A DNA stretch of 62,527 bases, filler included, from Sphacelaria rigidula (taxonomy: Eukaryota): the NCBI GenBank assembly GCA_964200075.2. It is 5 parts of 5 records of this genome, joined end to end, with 100 filler letters (N's around TTAATTAATTAA, not from the genome) between each part and the next. Parts side by side here need not be neighbours in the genome. Positions count along the whole stretch, not along the records: positions 50,104 to 62,527 come from CAXNAA020003789.1; 4 more parts are not named here. The stretch is one strand, 5' to 3'. The translations under genes and the position numbers were made by a program. The notes under the pieces are model-generated. The model made no database searches and had not been told where the DNA came from. It saw only the letters and a list, made by a program, of their open reading frames with translations. Positions 50,004 to 62,527 of the stretch are shown piece by piece; position 1 is the stretch's first letter; each line of letters begins with the position of its first letter.

Positions 50004-50103
50004 NNNNNNNNNNNNNNNNNNNNNNNNNNNNNNNNNNNNNNNNNNNNTTAATTAATTAANNNNNNNNNNNNNNNNNNNNNNNNNNNNNNNNNNNNNNNNN
50101 NNN
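50004..50103. other. Artificial contig linker
   Basis: N44-TTAATTAATTAA-N44. Confidence 0.98.
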
Positions 50104-51181
50104 CGTTGTGACAAGGCTATTGCCCTCGCATCCCCATAACGTCGGACCGGTGCACCCCGTACCAGGCTCACACGACGGGGGAAGGGGGGGGCGTACTCAT
50201 TTGTTGCTTGCCTTAGTCGTTTGACCATCGATCACGCATCCCTTTCGAGACGGAGCACCGTTGCTACTCCTAATGGAGACACGTTCAACAGTCAGGCGCA
50301 CATTAGGTTTCTTTCATAAGTTACACAAAACCCGTTTTACATATCTTGCCCCCGTCCTGTTTCGCCGTCTAAACGGTGCACGCCGGACCAGGCTCACAGG
50401 GGGGAGGGGGGGGGGGGTACACCTATGCTCTTCTATGCCAAAGGCAGAAGACCATCGATCACGCCCTACAAAGTCGGGACGAGGGGGAAAAAGGGAGGCA
50501 AGATTGTTTCAAATAGTGATTTTCCGGCATCTCCTCTGTTTCATATTCGGGGGACGGGAATGAGACAAGGTGATCAACTACATTTCACACGGGCGCGTGG
50601 GACATTGTGCCAAAAGGATCTCTGGCGGACCTGTCATTTTTCCTCACTAGCGAGAGTATCCGACAGATGGGGTTCCTGACCTGCACCTAATATAGTTTTC
50701 ATTTCTCACATTAGCCATTTTTCAGATATCTCGCGCCGATGGTCACAAAGCCATTGCACAGTGAGACAGAATACAAGGAAAACACGGACAATACGCTCAC
50801 GAGCAGGAAATACGACGCAGTGCAGGACAGGACTCCACACACACGTGAGCGGAAACAGAAAATGCACAGAAATGTACGAACGGCTCGAAATAACTAAAAT
50901 ATGGGTAAAAGTAGTAGGCTACATCGTACCTGCGCCATAGGAGGCAAGACAAAAAAAAAAGCCAAAATGAGAAAAATGGATAGGGCGGCATACCGAGCAA
51001 GTCAGGACAGGGCAAGGTAAGGCACGGTAAGACGGCGCGACAAGGGCCAAAGTAAGGCTCCCTGGTACTGCCCTAGCTTTTGTAATGCACTCCAGTACCC
51101 AGCGGATGATGACGAATAATCCCAGGAGCATGTCGGATAGGGAATACCCGATATTGTGGAATTTTGGAAAGTCGCAAATCA

Positions 51182-51509
51182 GGCCGGATGTTAGGGCAAA
51201 CAGATTTTTGGCCCACGGGTTGTTCACTTTAGGGATGTTTGACCTACCTTTTGATCCCCAAGCCAAGAAGAACGCCAACACACGTCTTCGACACTTCGCA
51301 TCACCCCACGGAGAGGAACCTAGTCTGCTTTTCAGATTCGCTTGGCTCTGAGGTTCGAGATTGACCGCTGAACAAAAATTTGTGCGCAAAAATCTGTGCT
51401 TGCCGACGTGTGTTGGCGGGTTTTCTGGCTTGCGGGTCAAAAGGTGGGTCAAACATCCCGAAAGTGAACAACCCGTGGGCCAAAAATCTGTTTGCCATAA
51501 TATCCGGCC
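51182..51509. mobile_element. PIF/Harbinger (Tourist-like) MITE nested in an older TIR element (about 51135-51620)
   Basis: TIR GGCCGGAT.TTA.GGCAAACAGATTTTTGGCCCACGGGTTGTTCACTTT, about 110 bp. 3-bp TSD TCA. Outer degenerate inverted repeat CCCGATATTGTGGAATTTTGGAAAG / CTTTCAAAATACCAAAATATCGGG. Confidence 0.88.
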
Positions 51510-51657
51510 TCACGTGCATGAGCTGTAGAGAGGGGAACAGCAGCACGGGTCTCGCTGCTGCTGCGATCATTGAAGGTATCTCCACCTTTCAAAATACCAA
51601 AATATCGGGGATACCCCACCTACCTGACCTGCCCGCGGAAAACTCATACCCACGTAC

Positions 51658-54044
51658 CTTGTGGGGGAGGCGAACGGGGTACCCCGATCGGGCGACGCGA
51701 ACGGCCTCGAGCACACCTCCGTACCGCAGCTGCTCCATGACGCGTACCCGGTTCACCTCGTCAGGCTCTGCGCTATCGTTGGGCTTGATGCACCGGATGT
51801 AGTGCGGCCGTGTGTCCCTGTGTTGAGGCGTTACACAACAAGAGCAAAAACGTTCAAAGAAAGGAGATAATCCAAAAATGGATGCAAAGACTCAACGAGC
51901 CCGATCGAAATGACGCAAAAGCACCCGATCTCATTTATTTGACTGCAGAAGAAGTAAGCAGCTCACAACGTGAGACACACACACACAACGTCCACAGTAA
52001 ACATAGCGATGTCTGTGTATTTCAGGGGCCAAATTCCAACATCTGGAACATGTCAAGACTGAACAAAACACACGCATGTACTTTACTCTCTAGCGCCGAT
52101 GCGCCAGCAGGTCGCTTCCCCCCCCTTGATGGTCTCATGACTATGGCAAGCATGATCATGAGTACACCCCCAAGGGATTCGGAATCGTTGTTTGCGCAGG
52201 AGAAAAAAAGCCTAATTGTAAAACAAAGGGGGTTCGGGCTCGCTGGGCCATTGCCACGCACATAGCTCGTGTCCTCTCGTGGTCATGTCTACACACCACA
52301 CCACACCGCCAGCAGTTGCTGTCTCGCAGTCGCGTACGCACGCATCTCCATTTCGTAAAGCATCAACGGCAACGTTAGCGAGATACGACGAAGGCGTAGA
52401 GGGGGTAGCCATACTGCTCCCTAAAAAGCGTTGCAAAATCGCAAGATACTTTGGACCACAACATGTGGGCTCACCGAATCATCTCCATGAGGTGGTGGAG
52501 TTGCTCCTTGAACTGCGTGCCGACGGTCGGCTTCAACCCGGCGATGCCGGCGGGGGTTGCCTCCTTCTTAGGAGCCGGCTTCTTCCCCTTGGTTTTCACC
52601 TTCTTGCCTGACGGAAACGAGTTACGGTACATATCCAAGTCCCCAGTTGGAACCCTCTAACCGAAAACACACATACGTACATTCATCATATTGGAGCAAA
52701 CGGCTTTGCTCAAGACAGAGCCGTCACGATCATCAACATCGGCGTCACCGTATGAGCACCTCTTGCCAGACGCATTTGCCCAGCCTGGGCATCCATAAAC
52801 TGCCCCCCCCTCTCCCCCCTCCATCATAGTCTTCGTTTTTCCCCGCCCTCAGGACGATTCGATTGTCTTTAGGAATCAACCCATCTCTTCCCTACGCATT
52901 TTTTTCGAAAATATTCTACATGGGGGGGGGGGGGGTATTTGCCTTGAAAATAAAGACCAACGACCCAACTTTCCAGTAGTCTCGAGTCTTTGTCGTTATA
53001 AAAAATGAAGCTCCGGTGCTCCGGTGCTTGTTGAAGAGGATCTTCCAAAATCCCTTGACCGCGAAACTTCGGGATCTTTCACTACAGGACCACCCATGTA
53101 GAGAAAAACCGAGTCACCTTGCCTAAAATACAACAGTACCACACGGAGACAAACCGGTGAGAGCCCCATGTGTCACCCCATGATGACACACATGAACTAA
53201 AAATAACACACTCACCCCCGGTGGGAGAGAACAAGTTGACGACGAATGCGTTGGAGCTGCTGGCGAATAGCTCGTCCGACTCCTTAGGAAGCTCGTCCTT
53301 GTTCTTATCGCAGAACGTTTGCACGTGGTACTCCACCTATGCCAGGGGTCACGCAGTCAAAAATAACCCACAAAACCCGTCAAATTCACGTACGTCCTCA
53401 CAAAATATGACTATACATCCACTACTTCACGGGTCGGACGAATAAATCATTTAGCGTGATTGCTTGGTACCGTACGCATCAATTCTTGGGCTTTGTATTG
53501 AGCGTGGCAACCCATGTACGCGCAGTCTAGGCACGCGGAATGGCGCAAAAGTTGCGTGGGAACCTTTTTCACCACCGGTCGACTTTCTTCTCTCCTTCGA
53601 GTAATCAGGCCTGAAAAATCGTGCATTTGGTGATTCGAACCGGCGATGATTCGTCCAAGCCGTGCACTACTTGACCTTGATAGTCATCTCCAAGTGAAAA
53701 TGATGCCAACTCCACGGTTGATTCACACTCCCTGGGACGGTCAGGGGTGTAAGGAGTGACGCGATTTCCCACCTGCCCAGCGTAGTGCTTGACGGCGAAG
53801 CAGAGCTTGACCTTGAGCGGCTTGTCGGCGAAGAAGCGGTCGCTATTCTCGTGCTCCTTGTACAGGCGGCTGGCGTAGTTCTCGTCCGTCCCTCGGATGC
53901 CCATGCGACACTCATCGTCGAGCATGGTCAGCAGCCCTTTCTGCTTGCCCTCGATGAGGTCCAGACAGTCCTTTTGAAGGAAACAAATCAAACCAGAAGG
54001 AGAAAACAGTGAAAAAAAGCGCACCTGTATGTGTATTGTATGTG

Positions 54045-54096
<52 letters not shown>

Positions 54097-57000
54097 CTTC
54101 CAGTATCACTTCTGGACGCCAGTCTACTCCTTTCGAAATGTGTGGGCCCATCCGGGGGTTTTGTCGCGACAAACAGTTTGGCAAGCACCGCAAGGAGGTC
54201 AACACAGGAGTTCTCTTTTAAAAACTTATCAACCTTCCTTCTGCGGTGATTGTCATACTTTTATCGCGAGAAGGGATGAGCGTTCCCTATCCCTCGTTAA
54301 CATTGACGTCGAATTCGTGTACCGACGACATTGTCGCTCACCACTGTTGGACATCATATGAGAAAAAAAAACATATCATGTGACTGCACCGAGATTCGAA
54401 CCCACGTTCCTACCTGCAGAAGGCTTCGATGCTACCAACCATGCTACCGGGGGGACCGGTGTGCCTGTCGACATAATAGAACCAACTCCACCACCAAAGC
54501 AAAAAAGCACCCATCACCACCGCTATAGCACAAAGAGACGGGAAGAAAAACTAAAGCAAAACGAGACACCACACACGAGAACCAAATGTGCATCTTGTTG
54601 TCCGGGAACTCCACGAAGGAATATTGGAAGAAAAAAAAACTGATAAGAGATGAAAGAAACTCCAAGGACAGAGCCAGAACCAGAACCAAAAACAATAACC
54701 TAAGCTACACTTGGTACTTCGGAAACTCCACGAGGGACATTTGAGAGAAGAAAGGAATAAAGGATGGAAAACGAACAACGTATGACAAGATGGAATGAAA
54801 ATTCTCAAACCAGAACCAGAACCAGAACCAAAACGTAAACTGCACCTGGTTGTCCGGAAACTCCACGAAGGACCATTGGATCCCCTCCTTCGTGTACTCC
54901 TTCTGCTCCATCTTGAACACGAACTGGTTAAATTGCTGCTGCAGAGTTTCGTTCGTGTAGTTGATGCACAGCTGTTCAAAGCTGCCAGTCAAAACGCACG
55001 AACCACACACAGCAACGACCAAAACACAAATACGGCGCAATAACGAATGGTGAGGAAAATAAAACCCCAAATACACATGAACCCCCCGTCCCTCCTTCCA
55101 AGTCCGGCCCGGCGAACAACCGGCATGCTCCATCGTGGCTTTGTAGGGATGCGAGGTCGACTGTCTCATGACTACGGCATGCAAGATCTCGAGTCGCCCT
55201 CGCCCCCAGGTGAAATCACCCCGTACTTGTTACATAACGTATACGAAAAGCTGCTTGAGGCTACAAGTCACACACACAAGACACGGCGATAACAAAAAAA
55301 AAGGAGACACCCGAAAACTTTCCCCTCCCTGTTCTTGTCTTTAGCACATCGGACAACTCAACTAATAGAACTCGTTTCCGTATAAAACTCAGCTACTGAG
55401 TTATACGGTATACCTCAGTGGGACCCATTTCCCCTGGCTAAGCTGTACTGTATAGGTCAGCGGTACCATTTCCCCGGCAGAGTTACATCATATAACTCAG
55501 CGGTACTCTTTCCACTACATGTCTTGTATCACGCAACTGTATAGACCATCTTCGACTTGTTGGGAGGCGGGACCCAATATAGAACAAGCAAAAACAAAAG
55601 ATGAAAGATCTGGAACACGTCACTCCGAGAAAACGCATACAGCACGTATAATAAATACGATAGACCGTGTGGCAAGAGCCGATGGTGAGAGTATACCTGT
55701 TATGCTCGAAGCACTCGAATCCAAAAATGTCCAGCACGCCGATGGAGGCCTTTACCTCCTTCCTTTCGCAGCGGATGTGAGTGTTGATCGTGGCCACCAG
55801 CCAGTTGAACAGCTGCCCGTAGAAAGCTTTGGCAAGCGCGTCTCGAGCATCGTACGCCTGCCACAAAACGTAACGTCGGAACACGCACAAATAACTGTCG
55901 ACAATAACACGTGCTGAAAATTAAAAAAGAAAAAAAAAATACGACACCGGAAACGTTCTCGCGTGGAAAAGGGAAAATACAGACAAGTAGCCAACAATTC
56001 TCGTACAAAACCACGTGCAATAATCCATCTTCATTGACTGCCGCATATCAAGTGTTCCTCCAGGGATCCAGCCGTGGTACAGCCACATGACAAACATACA
56101 CCTACACAAAAAAGACGACGAGGAGATACGAACACAACGGGTATAATTCGCAGTGTAGGTGTCCCTTTTGTCGTGAATATAAACAGCACTCGTGGACTAG
56201 TACGGTCTAAAGCAAGGCAGTGGGTGCGTAGGTTGCATAGGAGTTCTTATTGCCGACGAGATGGATAACCCCAAAAGCAACTAATTGTTGGCTCGGCAAC
56301 GCACCAACGAAAAATAACCCCACCATATCTAGGCTTCACGGCAGCCCTTCTCGCTATGACTATTATTTCTCCTCGTATTATATCTTCTTCTGCCACGACC
56401 TTGCGATCAGGGGCGCTATATTTTTGGAAAGGGCCAGCGTAAGAAACCAAAACAACGACAACCAACGAGTATCTGACGACAGCACAATGTAAGAAAAACC
56501 AAACCATGCACACAGGACACACGTCATCACCGACACAAACACGAACCTGGTGGTCCTTGAGCTTGATGGTCGTCTTCTCTCTCCGAGGACCGACTTCGAT
56601 AGTCTTACTCGTTAACGCACGCAACAGCCCGTCCTTGGGAAGGTAACACAACCGGCACACGCGCTCCATGCACTCTCTAAGAAAGGCGTCGCAAAAAATC
56701 AAACAACCAAACAAGGAAACAGTCGGCAAACAATCACGACAAATGACACACACGTTGTCACGTCAACGGCATGATAAAAACCATGTTCCAGCGTACGCAC
56801 AAAGGATGTCCAATACGACGTTTCACGTAGACCCTGCAGAATCTCCGATATTGATGAAAGGCGATCTCCTTTGCCCATTTTCCTCATCATCCGGGAATGG
56901 GCTCATACCTTTCATGCTGAAAAAAAAAAACGTTTAAGAGGGGGAGGAAGCCATTTTAAACATATGATTTGTCTTTCTCCGCACATGTTGACGTTGTGTT

Positions 57001-60000
57001 GGGTTCGTGTTTCATCCCATTTGTTTTGGGCGCCCACACCTTCCAGCGTGTGAGAGCGCACCAGCAGGTCGCACTGAAGTAAGGCCACAATCACTTCATG
57101 TTTTCTCCTCTACACCTTCCTTCCTCGGTGCTTGCCAAAACCTCGATTTTCAAATCACGAGAAGGGCTGGTCGTCCCTCCTTCATTCCTTGCCTGTGCTT
57201 TGTTCTGGTCCTTTCCCTCCCCCTGTTTCCCCATTTCATTTTAATTGCTGTTCTTACTCTACTCTACTTGTCTGTTCCACCCTTTTCTGTCTTTCTTCAC
57301 TTTTTTTCGGCGAGGGTTAACACTTTTGTATCGTCTCGGGTACGTCTGTCCTGTAACGACGGCTAGATCCCTGGGGGAAGACATTCAAGTGTGACGATTA
57401 AATCGATTTTCCTTGTCTAAAGTTAAGTCGAAATGAGCATCTTCCACTGCCGGGCACTTTGTGAGAATAGAGACAAACAATTTGTGACACCAGGGGGCAG
57501 GGGGAAAAAATGAAGAACAAGAATAATATAAAACCGAAGACAGCGCCCAAATAAACTTGAAAAAATCACTTTTGTTTCCATATATTGAAGATATAACGCG
57601 GAAATATTTTCGTTTCACAGTATCTCCATTGTTCAAAAGCGAATGCGCAGCCCCGCGGTCCATCGTTCCGGCTATGACCCGCTCCCAACGGAATAGATTT
57701 GTTTAATCGTCTTCATTCAGGCGTTCACGTTGCTCATCTCATGGTTTTGAAAAATCACAACATAACATCACCGTTAAAAAATGACAGAAACGTAGTGGTA
57801 CACAATTGGAAAAGTAACCATCGTCAGTCGACTTCCGATCTTTATTCAATACACTGTATATGATTTCACTATCAAACTTTCATGATTTTCACGAGGCCAA
57901 ATTTGACTATATTAAATAAAAATGGCACAAGATCCACTCACACGACGTCCTCATCCTCCGATAAAACCGCTGCCTCGTCGTCCGCGTTTGATTCGAACTC
58001 CAGCTCGCCCAGGTGGATCAGACCGGCGATGATGTCAAAGATCGCTTGTACATTATCGGCATCAAATCCCATCGTCTGCAGCCAACGGAGACAGAACATT
58101 CACAACGGAACAAAAGTGAGGCTAAACACGAATGACAAAACGATTCCTACCAATTCACATCATGCCTGCTAGCGGACACTCTTCTCTCTCACTACTGTTG
58201 TTCTTGTTTTAGTTTTCTTCGCATCAAAACCCATTCCGCTCTCGGGGCAGTGCCTTCTACAATCCGAACATGTCCCATCTGATGCGCACGCCTTCCGTGA
58301 CGTCACAGGCTAAAAAATAAAAAAAAAAATCAAGCCCAGAAGATGGATGAATCCTTCATCAACCGTTGTTCATTTGGGGGTCATTGAGTAAAATTTTCGG
58401 TCATGAGCAACGCGATAGTCTTTGAATGTGCATCGAGACCTGGGACACGATACGCATCAGCCGCAACAAATGTTCTCACCGATAAGGCGTTTTTGGTTTT
58501 TTCGAATTCGTCCTCGTCCTCCACCTGCCTTAGCTCAAAGCAATCCCCCTGGTTGACGAAGTGATATTCCTCAGGTCCTGCCCACACCAAACGTACACAC
58601 AAGCAACAGGGAAAACAGCTGAGACGCTTACGACAACAGTAAATGATCCGGATCTTTACTACGGGAGCACATGGGCGCAAATGGACAAGAAGGAAGCACG
58701 ATTGTCGAGATTGACATACATGGACCGAGCGGAGAATGACAACTTTGAAAGTAGCGAGTGCACCAGTACACTGTACCCATGTCATTTTCTGAAAGAAAAA
58801 AAAAAAAACTCTAAACTTGGCAATAGGAAACACATACAAACACAATTACTTTGCCTCTGTCTTCTCCGACAGTAACCAAACCAACTATTTTTTTTCAATG
58901 ACACGAACACACCGAGAAACAAGTCCCGTCTACCCGTTTGACCGCGAGCAATGCTCCAAATTTTGGACCGGCATTGTTTCCACTCCTTCTTCACGTGAAA
59001 GTGACGTTGATTCGCAAATGGTCCCCACCGCTCGCAAGCAAAGGGTGACCCTTCTGGGACCGGATTCCCAGAAACATGTTTTTTTTTGCACGCAGGGACT
59101 TTTTTTAATCAGCGTCACTTTTACTCGAAAACGACTGAACATGATGCCGATTCGCAAAAAAGCCCTTGCGGTCCCAAAAGGGTAAAGCTATAGTGCAGAG
59201 GCCGGTACTTTCTATTTGTTTTCTTGACTTTGTCGCGTTTTTTTTTGTTCGCTCGTTTCGATTTTTCAATCCACTCCCTGTGTTTGTTTCAAATTTTCCG
59301 CTCTCCTCACTCCTCTCCAGCCAGTGTTTCAGTCCCGTGTTTCATCTCGGGTGCGTCCGTCTATCACGTATCCTTGGCTGGATCCCTGGGGAATCAGGCA
59401 ATATGCTACACCCAATCAATCGGATCTATCTCTCAAAAGAAGTAACATACACGCCTCCTTACCCTCCAGCTCCCATCGCTCCTTCTCCTCCTCGCTGCCC
59501 CCTTTACACATCTGGTAAAACACGTGAAAGTTTCGTTCGTTCTCCGACTGCGTTGGGATACGCACCTGGCATCGTGAGGGGGGAGACAGAGAAACAGGAC
59601 ACCAAAAGACGAGAACAACGACTTTCAAGCCATCGAAGCGCACACCTGAGCATTCACGGTTCGAAAGAATCATCGCTGGTTCAAATAACCAAATCCACGA
59701 TATTTCAGGTCTGATTGCTCGAAACAGAGAGAAGAGTTGACTACTTGTCGAAAGGGTCTCCACACAATTTTTGCGCCATTGCACGTGCTTGGGCTGCGCG
59801 TGCCCGAGTTGCAACGCTGAAAACAGAGCCGAAAGATTGATTCATACGGTACGACTCAATTACACTGAAATCAAGTACTTTTCAGACGAATCATTGATTT
59901 GTCCGATTCGTGTAAGCTTTGCATACGCGGACAGCTCACCAGCTACCAAAAAATATTGAATTGAAGAGAACTCTCAGATTGATTTGTTGTACGAAAAAAA

Positions 60001-60254
60001 GAAGCACGTGACAGCAGTATCTGGGCAGACAAAGCGCTACCTTTGCGCTACTCCACGTGCTTGGCGTCCAGAGCTGTCGGGGAGCTAATAATACGGAGAG
60101 AAAAATTGACACATGAGCTAGGTCATAATCCAGATCAGTACTTTAACAAGAAGTAATATTGAGGGAGCTCACGAGCTGTCAGGCGTGTGAAACTTTGAGA
60201 ATAAAAACATACGTGATTCGGTGCATCAATTGATTAGATTACAATCGTTGATTA

Positions 60255-60297
<43 letters not shown>

Positions 60298-62210
60298 TAT
60301 TGATCAATTGATTATCGCACATGAACTGATTGATTCTCGGAGGACCCAGTGGTGGTCATCATCCACAAGATGGGCGCGCACCCAAGCAAGGCAAACAAAA
60401 CTAACAAAACTTGACAAAACAAAAACAAGAGAAAAAAAAAGCAAAAGCAAACACATAACACCGACACCAAACGAGAAGAAGAAAGAAAAAGGAAAGAGGG
60501 ACGTGTGGCTAGGGGGAAACGGGTATCACAAGGCCAAATCCCACCCCCAATTTCTCATCCCACACAAACAATATAGATCAACATCAACATGATGCCGGGA
60601 CAGCCCCCCTCCGCCCCCCTCCTCCCTGAACTAGCCCCGCAACCGTCACGGAGAAAATCACCGTACAGCACATGATGGTTGGTCTCAGACTCGATGAAGC
60701 CCCTCATATGAACGACATCGGCAAAAAAGATCCAAAGCCGGGAGGTCCTTGCTCCACGGTGTGCTCGGCTTTCGACATTTCGATTTACATGTAGATCTTG
60801 CCTCCGACTAGCCCCGTTTCTGCTGGGGGCTACCGCGACATCACTCACATAAACATCCTTGCCCACGACATACCAACCACTTCCTGCGTCATGATTTCCT
60901 TTTTTTTCCCCCGTACAAGCGAAGCCCCATAGGCATACAATACGCGCCGTAGTGCGTCCCCCTTTTTGACAGCTGTATAATCTCTTGTCCAGGGCGTGGA
61001 TAATAACACCATCGCAAGACACACCACGACCTACCTTTTCGAGGAGATAGGTCTCGATGCTGGCACCCAGCAGGTTCCCTCGCTTGTCGAACATGAGCTC
61101 GATGAATTTACCGAACCTGTCCAAAGATAAAAAAATACATGACGATATAGCAAAGGATGAGGACACGAGTAGAGCAAGTATGCGGTTGAAGTTTGTTCTT
61201 GGTTATTGAAAATATATGAAGTTCGACCATTGAATCCACATACATTCACGACAAGATCGTACAGGGGTCTCCATACCTCATCAACACAACCTTTTTTATA
61301 GATTAAAAATGGTGGAAACGAAACAATGCTGTGAAGACATCGTCCGGATCATAACCAATCATGTCATGAATGAATGGGCATATCGTATAATGGTTGTCGA
61401 ACACCAAAACGTGGAAAGAGAATAATCCATTTTATTCTACATCAACAGATGAATAAGAAAAAGTCATCATCTTCATATTAGACAGAACAACAAATGTTCC
61501 AAGGTGCTAGCCCAACAAACACAATCGAAAGCGCAACGTTGTAACTCATGTTTCAAGGGTACCGCGAACTGATCCAGAGTCTCAATTTCGCCGCCACGGA
61601 ACCCCTCGAATTCTGAATTGATTGATCGATTGATTGATTGTCGCACATTCACTGACCACCCAGGGATTCAGGCGAGGTCACATGATAGACGTACCCGAGA
61701 TGAACCTCAAGACGAAAATACCCGCTCTAGGAAAGTGAAGAAAAGAGAAGCGTGAGGCAGACGCAGAAACATGAAACTGAGAAAAAAAATGACCAATGAC
61801 CTCTACAAACAATGCTTCAAGCAGAAAACGTCTTCAACAACAGCACACGCCGCCGTACCCAATCGAAAAGGAAAAAAAATCCGTGCGGACAGATTGCGGC
61901 TTTTTTCGAGCGCACTATTTTGGGCATGATAAATGGGCCACGCAAAGACGGGAGACGGAGCTCACCGGGAAGAGTTGTCGTTACGAATTGTCCTCGCGTT
62001 ACCGAAGGCCTCGAGGATAGGATTGCTCTGCAGCACCCTATCCATGATGGATCCCTTCTCGAGCTCCACCCCGTCGTCCCCGTTCCCCACCGTCGTTAGA
62101 TACTTCATGACGAACTTGGTGCTCTCTGTCTTTCCCGCACCGCTCTCCCCTGAGATCAAGACAGACTGATTTACCGGACCCATCCCCGCCGACTTTCCTG
62201 CGTGAATACC
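51658..62210 (-). CDS. Myosin heavy chain motor domain (stramenopile type, possibly Myo29-like); partial, 12 exons
   Basis: GT-AG, phase-consistent exons: 62210-61966, 61116-61035, 59565-59463, 58577-58480, 58075-57942, 56676-56547, 55857-55697, 54981-54846, 53970-53773, 53336-53216, 52607-52475, 51817-51658. P-loop GESGAGKT, switch I NDNSSRFGK, switch [40 protein letters not shown]. The class assignment is tentative. Confidence 0.95.
53420..53670. repeat. Intronic repeat; inverted copy at about 59650-59915
   Basis: AATCAGGCCTGAAAAATCGTGCATTTGGTGATTCGAACCGGCGATGATTC matches the reverse complement of 59667-59717. Similarity extends over about 250 bp. Confidence 0.75.
54095..54460 (-). mobile_element. 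tRNA-derived SINE (family A, diverged) ending in a (CA)n tail; partial relative at about 56995-57135
   Basis: Head ACCGGTCCCCCCGGTAGCATGGTTGGTAGCATCG...GGGTTCGAATCTC; body shared with 30913-31266. Confidence 0.75.
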
Positions 62211-62417
62211 CTGTCTCAATGTAACCCACACCCACACCCACACGGAAAGAACGAACGATACCAGAAGACGGAGGAGATGCGTCAATACAAAACCAGGACA
62301 GAAAAACAGCACAAGATGTGAATATCATAGTCCAGTATACGATACGCTTCAGCGGATCATAATCCAGTGTGGAGTGGTGCCGCGACAGCCCTCCTCCCAA
62401 AATAATGGGAAGGACCA

Positions 62418-62450
<33 letters not shown>

Positions 62451-62452
62451 CA

Positions 62453-62492
<40 letters not shown>

Positions 62493-62527
62493 GGTGGGTG
62501 GCGGCGGGTGCGCCAAAAAAAAAAAAA

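Noticed and set aside
50104-51650. Next myosin exon (converter/IQ region)
   Set aside because: No phase-0 exon with the expected F..RY motif was found. The acceptor-like site near 50930 gives no myosin-like peptide.
26281-62210. Hydin, EsV-1-7 and myosin as a gene cluster or nested genes
   Set aside because: They lie on different contigs joined by artificial linkers.

Overview
Eukaryotic, intron-rich, repeat-laden DNA, most consistent with a brown alga (Phaeophyceae). This assignment is inferred from an EsV-1-7 repeat gene, an Ectocarpus-type 7TM exon, Hydin, a stramenopile-type myosin and GT-AG introns of roughly 0.3-3.5 kb. The window is not one locus. It is five contigs of nearly equal, descending length (12428, 12425, 12425, 12425, 12424 bp) joined by 100-bp N44-TTAATTAATTAA-N44 linkers. 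Contig 1 (1-12428) holds a MuDR-like frame, a sulfotransferase-like last exon, a possible decayed tyrosine recombinase, a MITE and an 85-bp hairpin satellite. Contig 2 (12529-24953) holds a decayed Ty3/Gypsy pol whose integrase ends in a chromodomain plus a Tudor/PWWP-like module, several MITEs with 4-bp TSDs and a 7TM terminal exon. Contig 3 (25054-37478) holds 10 Hydin exons with SINEs and MITEs in the introns. Contig 4 (37579-50003) holds an intact 11-repeat EsV-1-7 gene, foldback MITEs and possible KDZ-like transposase relics. Contig 5 (50104-62527) holds 12 phase-consistent myosin motor exons. All family assignments come from reading motifs by eye; no searches were run.
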